Positions 51,531 through 64,000 of a DNA stretch of 64,000 nt are shown here, piece by piece. The stretch covers positions 102,858,001-102,922,000 of the forward strand of contig NC_043005.1 of the NCBI RefSeq assembly GCF_006345805.1. The letters are read 5' to 3'. The notes below the pieces were generated by a model, which saw nothing but the letters and a program-made list of their open reading frames with translations, was not told the DNA's origin and searched no databases. Numbering within the stretch: the first letter of the stretch is position 1; each line of letters begins with the position of its first letter. The DNA is from Octopus sinensis. Taxonomy: Eukaryota. Made by a program: the position numbers and the translations under genes.

Positions 51531-53886
51531 TATATATATAATATATATATATATACATAGTCATATTTATTTATGTATCTTCGTATGTGCATGTGTATTA
51601 TTGTGTGTGTGTGGAACTGAGTTTGTGTGACTGTGTAATTGTGTGTGTGTGAGTATGGAGAGGAAAAGGAGTTCATTAGCGGAGAAAGAGAGAGAGTGAG
51701 AGAGCATCTGAAAGAGCAATCGTTAACAAACATATTTCCTTATATATTATTATGTGTGAGGCACATTTATATTTGTATAAATTTATAATCAACATACTTA
51801 ATACACACACCCACACACATATACACACACTTACACACACACACATATGCATAAATTTATACATATATGTATTATATATATATATATATATATATATAAA
51901 TACACGCACAAAGACGTAGATAGAAAGATAGATATAAATATTTATATTCCCTTCGTTAATACTTCTATTCAAATATTGATGTATCAATGCAACGATTTGC
52001 TATTAACGAACAGTTTGTCACATATTACCCTTTGGCATCCCCCTCTTTCGCAATCGTTTTATATGTTGATAATATAGTCAAAGGCCATAAATTAATCTTT
52101 TGTACATTACAAATCCCTTTTCTGTTTCTAATCTTACGATGATTTAATCTGATCGGCTACTCTCATTAAGTTGCCAATGTTTCATATATCTAAATATACA
52201 ACGTATTGACATTATCAATGCATATAGCTAGAAATGTCCATACACCATGAATACATTGATGGATTAACTTAGTTCGAATGCTCCCTCTTCTTTCGTATAA
52301 TGACACTTTTTTTTCTTCATCTTAGCTCCATAAACGTTCGCTAAATGTAAAGAACTACAGTTATGGCACTTAATTTCCCTGAGGTTTTGGAGATTTGCAG
52401 GGAAATAAACAATAGCAAATAAAACGTTGGAAAGTTGCTGTCAAATTTTTCATTGCTTAATAGAGAAGTGGCATGAATAATATATGTCTTTCTCGTTATG
52501 TAGAATTTGCTGCAGGAAGCATTCCGACATGTCTCATCCATTTTTGTGACTTTCAGTTGATTCCAATCAAGGAACCTCCAAGGATTTATCCATACACTAA
52601 AAGAGACCATTTATTACAAGAATTATGATTTCTTTAACCTCACTTATCTAACATATGTAATGTACCAGTTTTCCATATTAAGATGAATGCGAAATGAGAA
52701 AATGCGTTTGGTCTCTGAGGCAAATCATTTAACAAAAGCTTTCTTCATTGTATGAAATAAATGTCATAATGTTAATCCATTGATATTAGCTATTTCTGAG
52801 TTTAGAGCATATATCATATTCCTTACTGTCAGGGCATTTTGTCCTTGTGCATCGATACAGTTGCTATTGATAACTCATTTTATGTGTACTTAGTGAATGC
52901 ATTCGGGTTCATCGCAATCAGAAAGATATGTGGCACGTTTTTCTGAATATTTCTGTCAGTCATGTTTTTATAACAGCATTTTCTAATCTGTATTTCATTA
53001 TTTATAATCGACATATCTTTCAGGCATGACAAACCTTATACAAGATCGCAAACCAGAAACCATTGCAAATATAAGAACTCCCAAATGTCAGAAATATGTT
53101 TTAGGCATTTTCAGCCCACGTTAATGTACAAACTTGTAAAGAATTTCGTAAAGAATTACCTTTATTCTTTTGAGTAGCGCGTGACTTGGTGTCTATAGTA
53201 CAGTTCCAATGAATGACAGAAATCGGTTTCTTTAGTTAGATAATGCTTCTCTTCCGACAAATGAATCATAGCTACTTATAAGGTTTTTTATTTTATGTTC
53301 ATATTTCTGTTGTGTTCCTTTTATAATCTTTCCCTTTTACCTTGTCCCTTTCTTCAGAAAAAAGTATCTTTCCAAGTTCATATTCTCACATATCTCATCT
53401 AGTTTAAAATATGAATATATATTTATCCATAAGGCACCAACGATTGACATTGGAACCGAGATTTGAAATATTAATGTGATAGATTTCATTTAATATTGAC
53501 GGATGTTCAAAACGAAGCACAATATAAGACCTCAAATAGAAACTGTGGAGAAGAAACCAATGTAAAAACGAATTAATGTTAAAGTGTCTATTTGGGTCCC
53601 TATCTTGATCATTTTCATGTACATTTATCTCATGACTGATAAAAGGGGATTGGGTAGGGGTGGTTTTGTTTATGCAATAGTAGGAAGGGCAAAAGGTTTG
53701 ATGTGAGTCGTATGTAACTAAGTGCAGTACTAGAGGGTTAGTAACACTACAAAAGTTATCATTGAGATAGACGCTTTCTTCTCTACATGACACACGCCCA
53801 CACACTTCCTTACATGTGCGCATGCAGCCTATTAAATACTGAAACAGTGACAACAAATAGGTAAGAAAATGTGTGTGTTGTGTGTA

Positions 53887-53947
<61 letters not shown>

Positions 53948-55356
53948 TATATATATGAGAGAGAAGGTTTGAAAATGCAATTTAAAAGATGTTTATTTAC
54001 TTAACCGGTTTCACTCTTTGGTAAAAGATTGTCAAAAGTAACATTGGATATTATGGGTTCAAAAAAAGTTTTTTACATAATTGTCACATTGAATATTATG
54101 AATTCAAATGTTTTTTTATACATAATTGTCACATTACATGTATAAATATAGTGTTTGGTAACAGAGATATGTTAAGGGCATAAAAAAGTTCAATAGTGTG
54201 ATGAGAATATTTGGAAAAATTGGCAGAAAAGAATAAAACAAATATATTATTGGAAATTTGGTTGCGTTAATTATTGGTTGTCGCAATTGTCACATTACAT
54301 GTATATATATACAGTCTTTGGTAGAAAGGACATGTTAAAGACATAAGGAAGTGTAATAGTTTGGTGAGAAAGCTTGTAATATTGACAGAGAAAATTAAAA
54401 TGGACATTTTAGACATCTCAGAATATTTTGAAATGAAGGCGAGAATTTGTTTTTACTGACCTGTTTGTTTTAGCAGAAAAGTTGAATTGAGAGAAAAAAA
54501 GATGTGTACCCAGTTTGGTTTATGGTTCCCCTTCAAGCATCAATGATATTGGGGTTATCGGGAGGTGAGTATGCGGGTGTGAATAGATGTGTCCGTGTGC
54601 CTGCTGGTCAGACGGCGTCTGTTTGTCACACACATATATACACACACACACAACACACACACACACACATAGTATACAAACACACACCACATACACACAA
54701 CACACACACACACACAGAACACACACATACACAACGCACCCACATATATAATATACACACACAGCACACAAATATAACATGTATTTATATATAATATACA
54801 CACATATATAACATACATACATACACACACACACAACACACGCACACATACATAATATAAATATCACACAAATACACCTAGCATATATATACATACAATA
54901 CACATACACAGCATGTATATAATACACATACACAATATATGCATGCAATATACATACGCAATAATTAACGCAACCAAATTTCCAATAATATATTTGTTTT
55001 ATTCTTTTCTGCCAATTTTTCCAAATATTCTCATCACACTATTGAACTTTTGTATGCCCTTAACATATCTCTGTTACCAAATACTATATTTATACATGTA
55101 ATGTGACAATTATGTATAAAAAAACATTTTTGAATTCATAATATTCAATGTGACAATTATGTAAAAACCTTTTTTTGAGCCCATAATATTCAATGTTACT
55201 TTTGACAATCTTTTACCAAAGAGTGAAACCGGTTAAGTAAATAAACATATTTTAAATTGCATTTTCAAACCTTCTTTCATATATAATTCCACTCGATACC
55301 CCACAACTCAACTTTTTTATATATATATATATATAGACATCACACGAGTCCCGAAA

Positions 55357-56703
55357 ATGCCACCCAAATCACAACAAGCAGAATCTTTAATGAACCAAAA
55401 TATCCTAAAAGAATTACAAGAAATCTCCTCGAAACTTTCAACCATAATAAACAAAGTCGAACAATCGCACATATACATAAATGGACTCATGGAGGCTAAA
55501 ACAACCAATCAAATCCCTGACATCATCCCAACACTGCAAAACCTAATGAAATCCATAGAGACGGCAGTGCTCCCAAAGCAGGAGCAAACTAAAGACTGCT
55601 TCTCAGTTAAAATCTCTCTTAACAACACCTGGAGTAAAAATCTCAAAGCGCGCAAGTTTGCCTTCTGGAATTTCATAAAAAATAACAACAAAGCTGACAT
55701 TTATGAAAAGTGGCTCAACTCCACCCCTATCATCCTACCCAGAAAACTACAAATAAAACCCATCCAAAATGAACCAGAAAACCAAAAAAACCTCAGGGAG
55801 AAACTAGCTTTTGAAAAATTCAAAACGGAAGTAGAACTCTTGCGGCTCAGAGCCAACGCCAGTGAAAAAAAATTCAAGACCCTTGACAATGAAATGCAGA
55901 TTGAAATCTCAAAACAATGTGAAGGAGCACTCCTTGATGAAACCACCAAACTCTGGAGAAAAAACTGCGAGGATGAAGAACTAACATCCCTCCAGCGAAT
56001 GGAAAAAAACAGCTGGTTCGCCAATTATGAAACAGAGTTCACAAAGGAACACCTTTCAAGCAACCCATATTTTAAAATATCTACTTCAACTCACACCCCT
56101 CGCCAAAAACAAAGAAAACAAACCACAAAACACCGAACACACACCACCCCTAACATCGACAACAACAACAACAGAACTTACAGACAGCACTACAATCCCA
56201 TCAAAAGAACCGAGACACCCATCATCACAAGACAAAACTTCACCAGACAACGTAGACCCCAACCCACACAAGAACCGTTCCAGATTCGGAGATCCTACCC
56301 ATCACTTAGAAACCCATCTCTGAACTATGATTGTAGATTCCAACCCAAACCGTTCCTAACTCAGAGTTCTCCCCCAACATATAGGAATTCACTTCTAAAC
56401 CATGAATGTAGTTTCCAACCCACTCTAAGGAACCAACATTACACCCAGGACAAACAACCCAGACCCTGGAATAACCAAAACTCTTCCAGGAGGCCACACC
56501 AACAACCCAGACCCTGGAACAACCAAAACCTCTTCAACAGACAACATATCAACGGGGGACAGAATCACAGCAAACAAAACCTCTTCAACAGACAACATAT
56601 CAACGGGGGACAGAATCACATACAGCAAAATACCGCAGACAGAAGAACCCCCAGGATTCCTTTTTTAGGCAAGGGCATCAGTTTCCACGACACCAGATGG
56701 TAG
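55357..56703 (+). CDS. PLE N-terminal extension ORF (448 aa as assembled), probably originally continuous with the RT
   Basis: An uninterrupted 448-codon frame starts ~40 bp after the 5' pLTR/TA tract. It has a helical, charged N-half and a low-complexity Q/N/R/P C-half. It is followed directly by the PLE KIVNLSNL…RGLKFTPTP motif. Confidence 0.65.
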   Translation: MPPKSQQAESLMNQNILKELQEISSKLSTIINKVEQSHIYINGLMEAKTTNQIPDIIPTLQNLMKSIETAVLPKQEQTKDCFSVKISLNNTWSKNLKARKFAFWNFIKNNNKADIYEKWLNSTPIILPRKLQIKPIQNEPENQKNLREKLAFEKFKTEVELLRLRANASEKKFKTLDNEMQIEISKQCEGALLDETTKLWRKNCEDEELTSLQRMEKNSWFANYETEFTKEHLSSNPYFKISTSTHTPRQKQRKQTTKHRTHTTPNIDNNNNRTYRQHYNPIKRTETPIITRQNFTRQRRPQPTQEPFQIRRSYPSLRNPSLNYDCRFQPKPFLTQSSPPTYRNSLLNHECSFQPTLRNQHYTQDKQPRPWNNQNSSRRPHQQPRPWNNQNLFNRQHINGGQNHSKQNLFNRQHINGGQNHIQQNTADRRTPRIPFLGKGISFHDTRW

Positions 56704-58969
56704 ATACCAACCCCGAAAAACCAAAAATAGTGAATCTTTCTAACCTAAACCTGTCGACACCACAAATAAAAAATCCTTTCAAGAGGACTAAAATTCACCC
56801 CAACTCCGCAATACCCTAACCTGAGGGAAATACAGGTTGACATCTCACACTTTTGCAGAAAATTACGCCTCACAGAGGAATTTTTTGACAGGAAAACTAA
56901 TAATAACGACGAATCAATGGTCCGTAACAAAAGCAACTATAATCCCATAAAAGGCAAAAACAAAACCTTAGACAAATTTGCGATTACATCTCAAACTTCC
57001 TTATGGTGAACTTCCACAACCTAAACTCAAACCCAACACCAGTAAAAGAGAATGGGAAATCATCCATACGCTACGAGACAATCATGACGTCACAATAAAG
57101 GAAGCTGATAAGGGTAGTACGGTCGTTGTTATGAATACTGAGCAATATAAAAACTCTGTATCTCTCCTTTTAGAGGATACCACATACTATGAAAGAGTAG
57201 TCGACTACCAGCAATCCAAAACAATGACCAAACTGAAGGCACTCATTTACCAACACCGGAATGACTTGACAGCAAAGGAATGCGACTACATTACTAAATT
57301 TAATTGCAAAACCAGCACACTCTATGGGCTTCCAAAAATACACAAGAGTCAATTATCACAGAAGCTTGCACAAAGTCCACTTCAACCTGCATCACTATAC
57401 CACATCCCACTGATCTCAAACTGAGACCAATAGTGGCAGGCCCAAGTTGTGAAACACACAGACTTAGCAACTTTATAGATATCATCTTAAAGCCAATACT
57501 GAAACACATTCCAAGTATTGTAAGAGATGACCTGGACCTATTAAAATCTCCTCCCAAACATGCCGATAAAGATACCTTAATCGTTTCTTTTGATGTTATT
57601 AATCTTTACACCAAAATCCCACATGAATAGACTGGAAGCCATTAAATTCTGGCTGGATAAATATCCCAATGAGATCCCGGAAAGAATTAAAAAAGAATTC
57701 ATAATTGAGGGCCTCAAATTTATTCTGCAAAACAACTTCATGTATTTCCACAACAACACTTACAGACAGGTCTCAGGAACTGCAATGGGTACGAAAGTTG
57801 TACCTACCTATGCAACCTGGTGATGGCCTACCTGGAATCACATATCTATGAAAAATCCAAATATAAGTACGGCCAGTCTTTCCACAAATACCTGTTGGAG
57901 AACTGGAAACGCTACTTAGATGATTGCCTCATCCTATGGTCCCACACACTCGACCAACTTATAGACTTCAAAAACCTTATCAACAGTGTAAATAACAACA
58001 TTCAATTCACAATGGAATATAGTTAGGACCAACTCCCTTTTCTTGACATCCTAATCATTAAAAAAGGCACCAACATTGAAACTGACATCCATTACAAACC
58101 CACTGACTCTAAACAATACCTTCTATTCACCTCCAATCACCCAAAACACACAAAGACAATATCCCCTTCAACCTAGCGAGAAGAATCTGCACTATTGTCT
58201 CAAATGACACACAACACGAAATAGAAGACTCCGGGAACTAAGGGCAATTCTTCTCGAAAGACATTACCCGGCATCACTAGTAGACAACTGAATAGAACGG
58301 GCCAAATCAATCAACATTCAAGACCTACGAAAACCCAAACACATCCACAGTACAGTAAATAGCCTCTCCTATCTCTCAACACACAACCCAAGGAATGCAG
58401 AAGCTTACACTATTATATACAACAACATTCCACAACTAAATCAAGACCCACGCCTGAAAAAAATACTGGCAGCTCATAAAATAATAAAAAGTAAGAGACA
58501 ACCTAAATCCCTAAAAAACCTCCTCACCAACGCAAAATTACACAACACAAACCCACCGCCCACCATCAAAGAATGTGGTCGCTCCAACTGCAAGACCTGC
58601 ATCCACCTCATCGAGGGATCGTCGTACAAGTTCCACTCGGGACACACATTCATCATAAAAAATAATTTCACGTGCGCATCAAAAAATTTACTCTACGTCA
58701 TAAGGTGTGAAGGATGCCACGAAGACTACATAGGCAAACGAGCCTTACCCTCAGAGAAAGAATGACAGTTCACACGACAACAACTGAGGGACCCCTCCAC
58801 AAGACAGATACCACTAAGTGGACACTTAGACCTTTGTGCACACAATAAGTCCCCCAAATTCTTAGTCTTCCCACTATACCAATGCTCGGACAACACCACA
58901 GACCAAACACGAATAAATAGGGAAAGTAATATTATTCAAAAATACAGACCACAACTAAACATACTGTAA
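56704..58969 (+). pseudogene. PLE reverse transcriptase and GIY-YIG endonuclease, disrupted
   Basis: RT motifs: IKEADKGSTVVVMN, LYGLPKIHK, LRPIVAGP, SFDVINLYTKIPH, QVSGTAMGTKVVPTYA, WKRYLDDC, LPFLDILI, YKPTDSKQYL. The Neptune-type Cys linker CGRSNCKTC is at 58574-58600. The GIY-YIG reads LYVIRCEGCHEDYIG (58691-58735) and ends ESNIIQKYRPQLNIL*. Confidence 0.92.
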
Positions 58970-59089
58970 CATACCCCCTGGACACACATCCAGAGCAAGC
59001 ACACAGGGACACGCGCACACTCACAGCATATCGTGCGGGCGGACACATGCGCGCATCGGCACACATAGGACACACTAGCGGGCATTGAC

Positions 59090-60310
59090 CGCACACATAC
59101 GTGGCACGCACACGCATGCATTATATATATGTAGGTTATGTATGTGTGTGAGTGTAGTGTGTGTGTGTGTGCACGTTGTGTGTGTGTGTGCGCGTGTGTA
59201 TGTATGTGTGTGTGCACTGTGTGCGTGTGTGTGTATTGTGTGTGTGTGCGCGTGTGTATATATGTGTGTGTGTGCACTGAGTGCGTGTGTGTGTGTATGT
59301 GTGTGTGTGTGTGTGAACATTGTGTACGTGTGTATGTATTTACATGTGTATTTGTTTTTTATATATATATATATATATTGTGTGTGTATATGCATGGTAT
59401 GTGTGTATATGTTAGTACATTGTTTGTGTGTGTGTGCGGTATGTAGATATATATTTGAGTGTGTACGCTATAGGTTTGTATTTTGTGTGTGAATTTTTTA
59501 TATATATATGTGTGTGTATGTGTGTGAAAAAATATATATATGTGCATGTATGTATGTATGTATATATATATATATATAATATATATATATATATGTGTGT
59601 GTGTATGTGCGTGTGTATATGTATTTGCATGTATATGTGTGTATAAACATGTGCATTATTTGCATGCGCATTGTGTATATGTATATTGTATGTATGTGTA
59701 TTGTATATGTATGTGTACAATTAAGTGTATATATGTGTGTGTATGTGTGCATTGTATATATGTATATTGTAGGTGTGCTATATATGCATGAATACATGTA
59801 TATACATTGCGTGTATATATATGTATGTATTGTGTATGTATGTTATGTGTGTGTGTATATATATATTATATGTATGCGTACGTGTATGTGTATGCATTGT
59901 ATGTATGTATATTGTGTGTATATGTGGTATATCTATGTATATATGTATATATGTATATGCATTGTCTATATATATATATATATTATATGTATGTATTGCG
60001 TATGTATATTGCATGCATATATTGTGTATGTGTATTGTATGTATATATATGCTAGGTGTATTTGTGTGATATTTATATTATGTATGTATGTGTGCGTGTG
60101 TTGTGTGTGTGTGTGTTGTGTGTGTATGTGTGTTATATATGTGTGTATATTATATATAAATACATGTTATATTTGTGTGCTGTGTGTGTATATTATATAT
60201 GTGGGTGCGTTGTGTATGTGTGTGTTCTGTGTGTGTGTGTGTTGTGTGTATGTGGTGTGTGTTTGTATACTATGTGTGTGTGTGTGTGTTGTTGTGTGTG
60301 TGTGCATATA
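59090..60310. repeat. Compound (TG)n/(TA)n/(TATG)n microsatellite inside the PLE 3' region
   Basis: It lies between the ORF stop and the unique pLTR. Its distal part is copied in inverse at ~54630-54963. Confidence 0.9.
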
Positions 60311-60906
60311 TGTGTGTGACAAACAGACGCCGTCTGACCAGCAGGCACACGGACACATCTATTCACACCCGCATACTCCCCTCCCGATAACCCCAATATC
60401 ATTGATGCTTGAAGGGGAACCATAAACCAAACTGGGTACACTTCTTTTTTTCTCTCAATTCAACTTTTCTGCTAAAACAAACAGGTCAGTAAAAACAAAG
60501 TCTCGCCTTCATTTCAAAATATTCTGAGATGTCTAAAATATCCATTTTTATTTTCTCTGTCAATATTACAAGCTTTCTCACCAAACTATTACACTTCCTT
60601 ATGTCTTTAACATGTCCTTTCTACCAAAGACTGTATATATATACATGTAATGTGACAATTTGCGACAACCAATAATTAACGCAACCAAATTTCCAATAAT
60701 ATATTTGTTTTATTCTTTTCTGCCAATTTTTCCAAATATTCTCATCACACTATTGAACTTTTTTATGCCCTTATCATATCTCTGTTACCAAACACTATAT
60801 TTAATCATGTAATGTGACAATTATGTATAAAAAAACATTTTTGAATTCATAATATTCAATGTGACAATTATGTAAAAAACTTTTTTTGAACCCATAATAT
60901 TCAATA

Positions 60907-60951
60907 TTACTTTTGACAATCTTTTACCAAAGAGTGAAACCGGTTAAGTAA
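60907..60951 (+). ncRNA. Degenerate minimal hammerhead in the PLE pLTR (also at 55196-55240 + and 53997-54041 -)
   Basis: TTACTT-TTGACAA-TCTTT tacc AAAGA-GT-GAA-ACCGGT-T-AAGTAA. It has a 6-bp stem I and a palindromic stem III, but the core is TTGACAA rather than CTGANGA. Confidence 0.55.
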
Positions 60952-61026
60952 ATAAACATCTTTTAAATTGCATTTTCAAACCCTCTTTCATATATAATTC
61001 CACTCGTGCGATACCCCACAACTCAA

Positions 61027-61071
<45 letters not shown>

Positions 61072-61109
61072 TATTTGTATATGTATACACACATGTATGT
61101 AGTTATGTT

Positions 61110-61146
<37 letters not shown>

Positions 61147-63014
61147 GTATAGGTACTATGTATATACACACATACACATACAGGCATGCGAATGCACACG
61201 CGCACACCTACATATGTCCACACAAACACATGTAGATTGCCTGCGTTTCACAGCCATATAGGTGAGAGGTAACCACTACTGCCCTCATTGTATCCTACGT
61301 TGGCTTCTTCCCTGCTTCTCTCTTTATCTTTCTGGTCACTCTTTCATTCTCTTCTCTTCACTCTACTTCTGTTCCAGACTCATACATACGAGCGTTACAC
61401 AAACAACATTTAAGCCGAAAGTCTCTGAAACCAGCCCAAGCATTCCCTTTTTTCCAAGTTGTAGGCAGACAATAAATTCTGATGAAAAAACACACATTGC
61501 TTCGAATCATATAACGTATTCTACAAGAAATTATTAATCTCCGTTTTCTTCACCAGGATTTCGTCGTAAGTCAAAATGGAAGATAAAGAAAAACATACTG
61601 CTTCGCTATTCATAAAATTTTACTTAGCTAGTCATTCATCGTGAAATTATAAAGCAGCTTTCTAAAGAGGAAATTGGTATTGTTTAGACTTATATCACAG
61701 TTTTTTTTTGCGAAGAAGCCATCCACCGTTTAAAACAAGAGTTTAAGTTGAAAAATACTGGACAACATCAGATGAATATTTCTCTTTAAAAATTCATGGG
61801 CGGTGGTTGTCTGTTTAGAATTCTATCGCTATTGCCCGATCTGAGCAAGAGATTCCAAGCTCATCGAGAAGTCATACAGCATATATAAAAAAATTGGAGG
61901 CATTTTCATTCTGATTTTCCTAATAGCATAATAGAGGAATATCAAACATACATGCGCAGGTAAATATTGAATTGACTGTTATTATTTTATCATGCAATGT
62001 TTCAATTTTTGTCCGTCTCGCAAACACAGCGATGAAATTTCTGTCCCTCTCTTCATTAAATATGGTCGATCGGTTAAGGAGAGAAACATATTTATATTTG
62101 CATAGTAGGGAAATTGACGACAGCTACTACGAAGATATAAAAGCGAAATAACGAAGGGAGAGACTTAAAACAAGGCTTAATGGATAACATGGGAATAAGA
62201 TATAAAATATAGGTTTTGAAAAGCTAAAGTATCAGGAATACAATCTGCAAAAACACGAATGATAAGTGTGAAGGTAGGGTATGGCATTTAATTATGAATC
62301 TATGTTATGCATCTGAAAAAAGTACCTACATAGGTTCTATGTGCAAAATGTCTCATGCTAGAAAGGTATCCTTAAGTATATGTCTTTCGTATGGTAAGGT
62401 CTATAATTGAACATCCAGAATTTATAATGACTGGGTATCACTTGAGAATCGAAATATTTTCTTAAAACATTGAAACACACGATTGTGTTTTATATTTGAT
62501 ACACCTTGGGGCAAAATTATTTGGTAAAGTGGTTTATGCACACTTTTAAAGTGCAAGCACAAAGTTACCGTAGAACTGGCACTCTTAAGATTTTACAGAG
62601 CAAAATATCCACATTTCTATATGTATATATTCTGAGTGCATACAAAACTAGGCACATTGTTGCAATAAGAATTGTCCAAGTACAGATTTAGAGCTTAGGG
62701 GACGAGGTGAGTGTTCTAAGTCGGGTCACCAGTTTGTAAGAACTGTGTGATTTGACGATAGTATTTTGAAGCTCCGATTGGTTATACGCGGCAAATAAGA
62801 GACACATTGCGCCAATACCATGCAATCTGAGTAGTGGACACAACGGGGTCCAAATAGCAGCCAAAGTCTAGCTGTTACCTGCTACATTCGAATGCACGTT
62901 TATTTAATAAAGGGGAGAGAATAGTTTCGCTCAAGTGTACTCTGCACTAGACAGTGCCGCGTGTAAGGAATTATTACTTCAGAAACTATGAGTATGCTTT
63001 ACAATGTATTTCAG

Positions 63015-63050
63015 CTCGGAACTTTGAAGATGTCATTAATACTGACAAAG
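63015..63050 (+). other. Candidate 36-nt host exon
   Basis: TATTTCAG acceptor and a consensus AAG|GTAAGT donor. It has open frames (RNFEDVINTDK, or a terminal ATG giving MSLILTK). No homology is recognised. Confidence 0.25.
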
Positions 63051-64000
63051 GTAAGTAAGAAAACATGATTTAATGTTTCTGAGTGTTAACGAAGCTGCAA
63101 TTATTCTTCTTGGAGGTAAACGAGATATCACTTTCAAATGTAGTGGCTATAGCATGAAGTTCATAAATGAAACTCTTCGTGAATATGATGGTTTACAACA
63201 TTCCTTGAATGTTTTTAACGGAGACGATGATAGACACAACCTATTGATAAAAGATTTTCATCCAAATTGTTTCATATAATTCGACCAGTACGTTGCTAGG
63301 CATACACGACTGAATGGCAAAAACTAACCCTGCAACATATATCAATTTGGCTTCTAAAGATAATTCATTTTGATGAGATTATTTCCATGACATTAGTACA
63401 TTTTCCACACCTAAGAAAATGTCAAACAATTTTAAGACACTCTAAAATCGAATATTGATTGGTTCATATGGTTATTTGAACCAAGCTGCACTTTCAAGAA
63501 AGACGACTAGTGCACGCAACATCATTTCAACAATTTCATTAAATATACGAAAACAGACGATGATAGATATCCATCTCGGATACACCAATAAGGACGTTTG
63601 AAACGAAAACTTGGCCGCTCGTGTTTTACAATGAAAGGATGGATCCTGTTTCCTCTATTCTAAGACATGAATGTTCACATAAAGCCAATCAAGTACGTTT
63701 CCAAAGTATATATTTTATAAGATATAACATTATATAATTTATAACATTTAATATAGTATATCATATACATTTTCTTTACGTTCGAAACTTTATCTCGATT
63801 CTTTAATTTATACACAAGAGATTATATTTATGCAAATAAAATCTTTCTTGTTTAGTTTAAAGTTACATGTTGGGGTAGTAGCTTCTCCATTTTCAAAATA
63901 TTTCTAAAAGTATATGCTTTTAAAATAGAATGCTATTCTATAACAAAATAGTGTTAAGTGTAAGGTTAAAAATTCCGCATTAAGGTCAGGTATAAACTAG

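Larger units (their letters stand above)
53952..61028 (+). mobile_element. Penelope-like retroelement (Neptune-type) with an inverted 5' pLTR and a partial direct 5' pLTR
   Basis: 53952-54963 is the inverse of 59994-60995, and 54959-55313 is a direct copy of 60670-61028. The coding region is 55357-58969. Both outer ends abut (TA)n. Confidence 0.92.

Noticed and set aside
53404-53856. 150-codon minus-strand ORF next to the PLE
   Set aside because: No recognisable domain or convincing splice context. A single ORF of this length can arise by chance. A homology search would settle it.
56704-58969. Selenocysteine (UGA) read-through as in Naiad PLEs
   Set aside because: The GIY-YIG is C-terminal (Neptune layout). 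The TGA at ~57820 arises from a frameshift, and TAG/TAA breaks also occur.

Overview
AT-rich, microsatellite-dense eukaryotic DNA with no host protein-coding gene that I can support. The repeat families look like coleoid cephalopod (Octopus-type) DNA; that is inferred from repeat content only. Two near-full-length retrotransposons dominate. (1) A ~6.2 kb L1/Tx1-clade LINE (~1571-7802, +) with a CCHC ORF1 and APE-RT ORF2, embedded in an (ATCT)n tract. (2) A ~7 kb Neptune-type Penelope-like element (PLE; ~53952-61028, +) with RT, a C-terminal GIY-YIG domain, and inverted plus direct pseudo-LTRs (pLTRs). Around them are many tRNA-derived SINEs, some in head-to-tail arrays, and decayed mariner, hAT-like, RTE, R4-like, CR1-like and Tx1 fragments. 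About ten hammerhead-ribozyme-like motifs from several PLE families are also present. The most interesting signals are: the dominant SINE's 3' tail matches the Tx1 LINE's 3' end, suggesting a LINE-SINE partnership; the LINE may target (ATCT)n; its frameshifts look like homopolymer sequencing errors, so it may be intact; SINE concatemer junctions recur at independent loci; and a core-intact hammerhead sits at 21077-21127.
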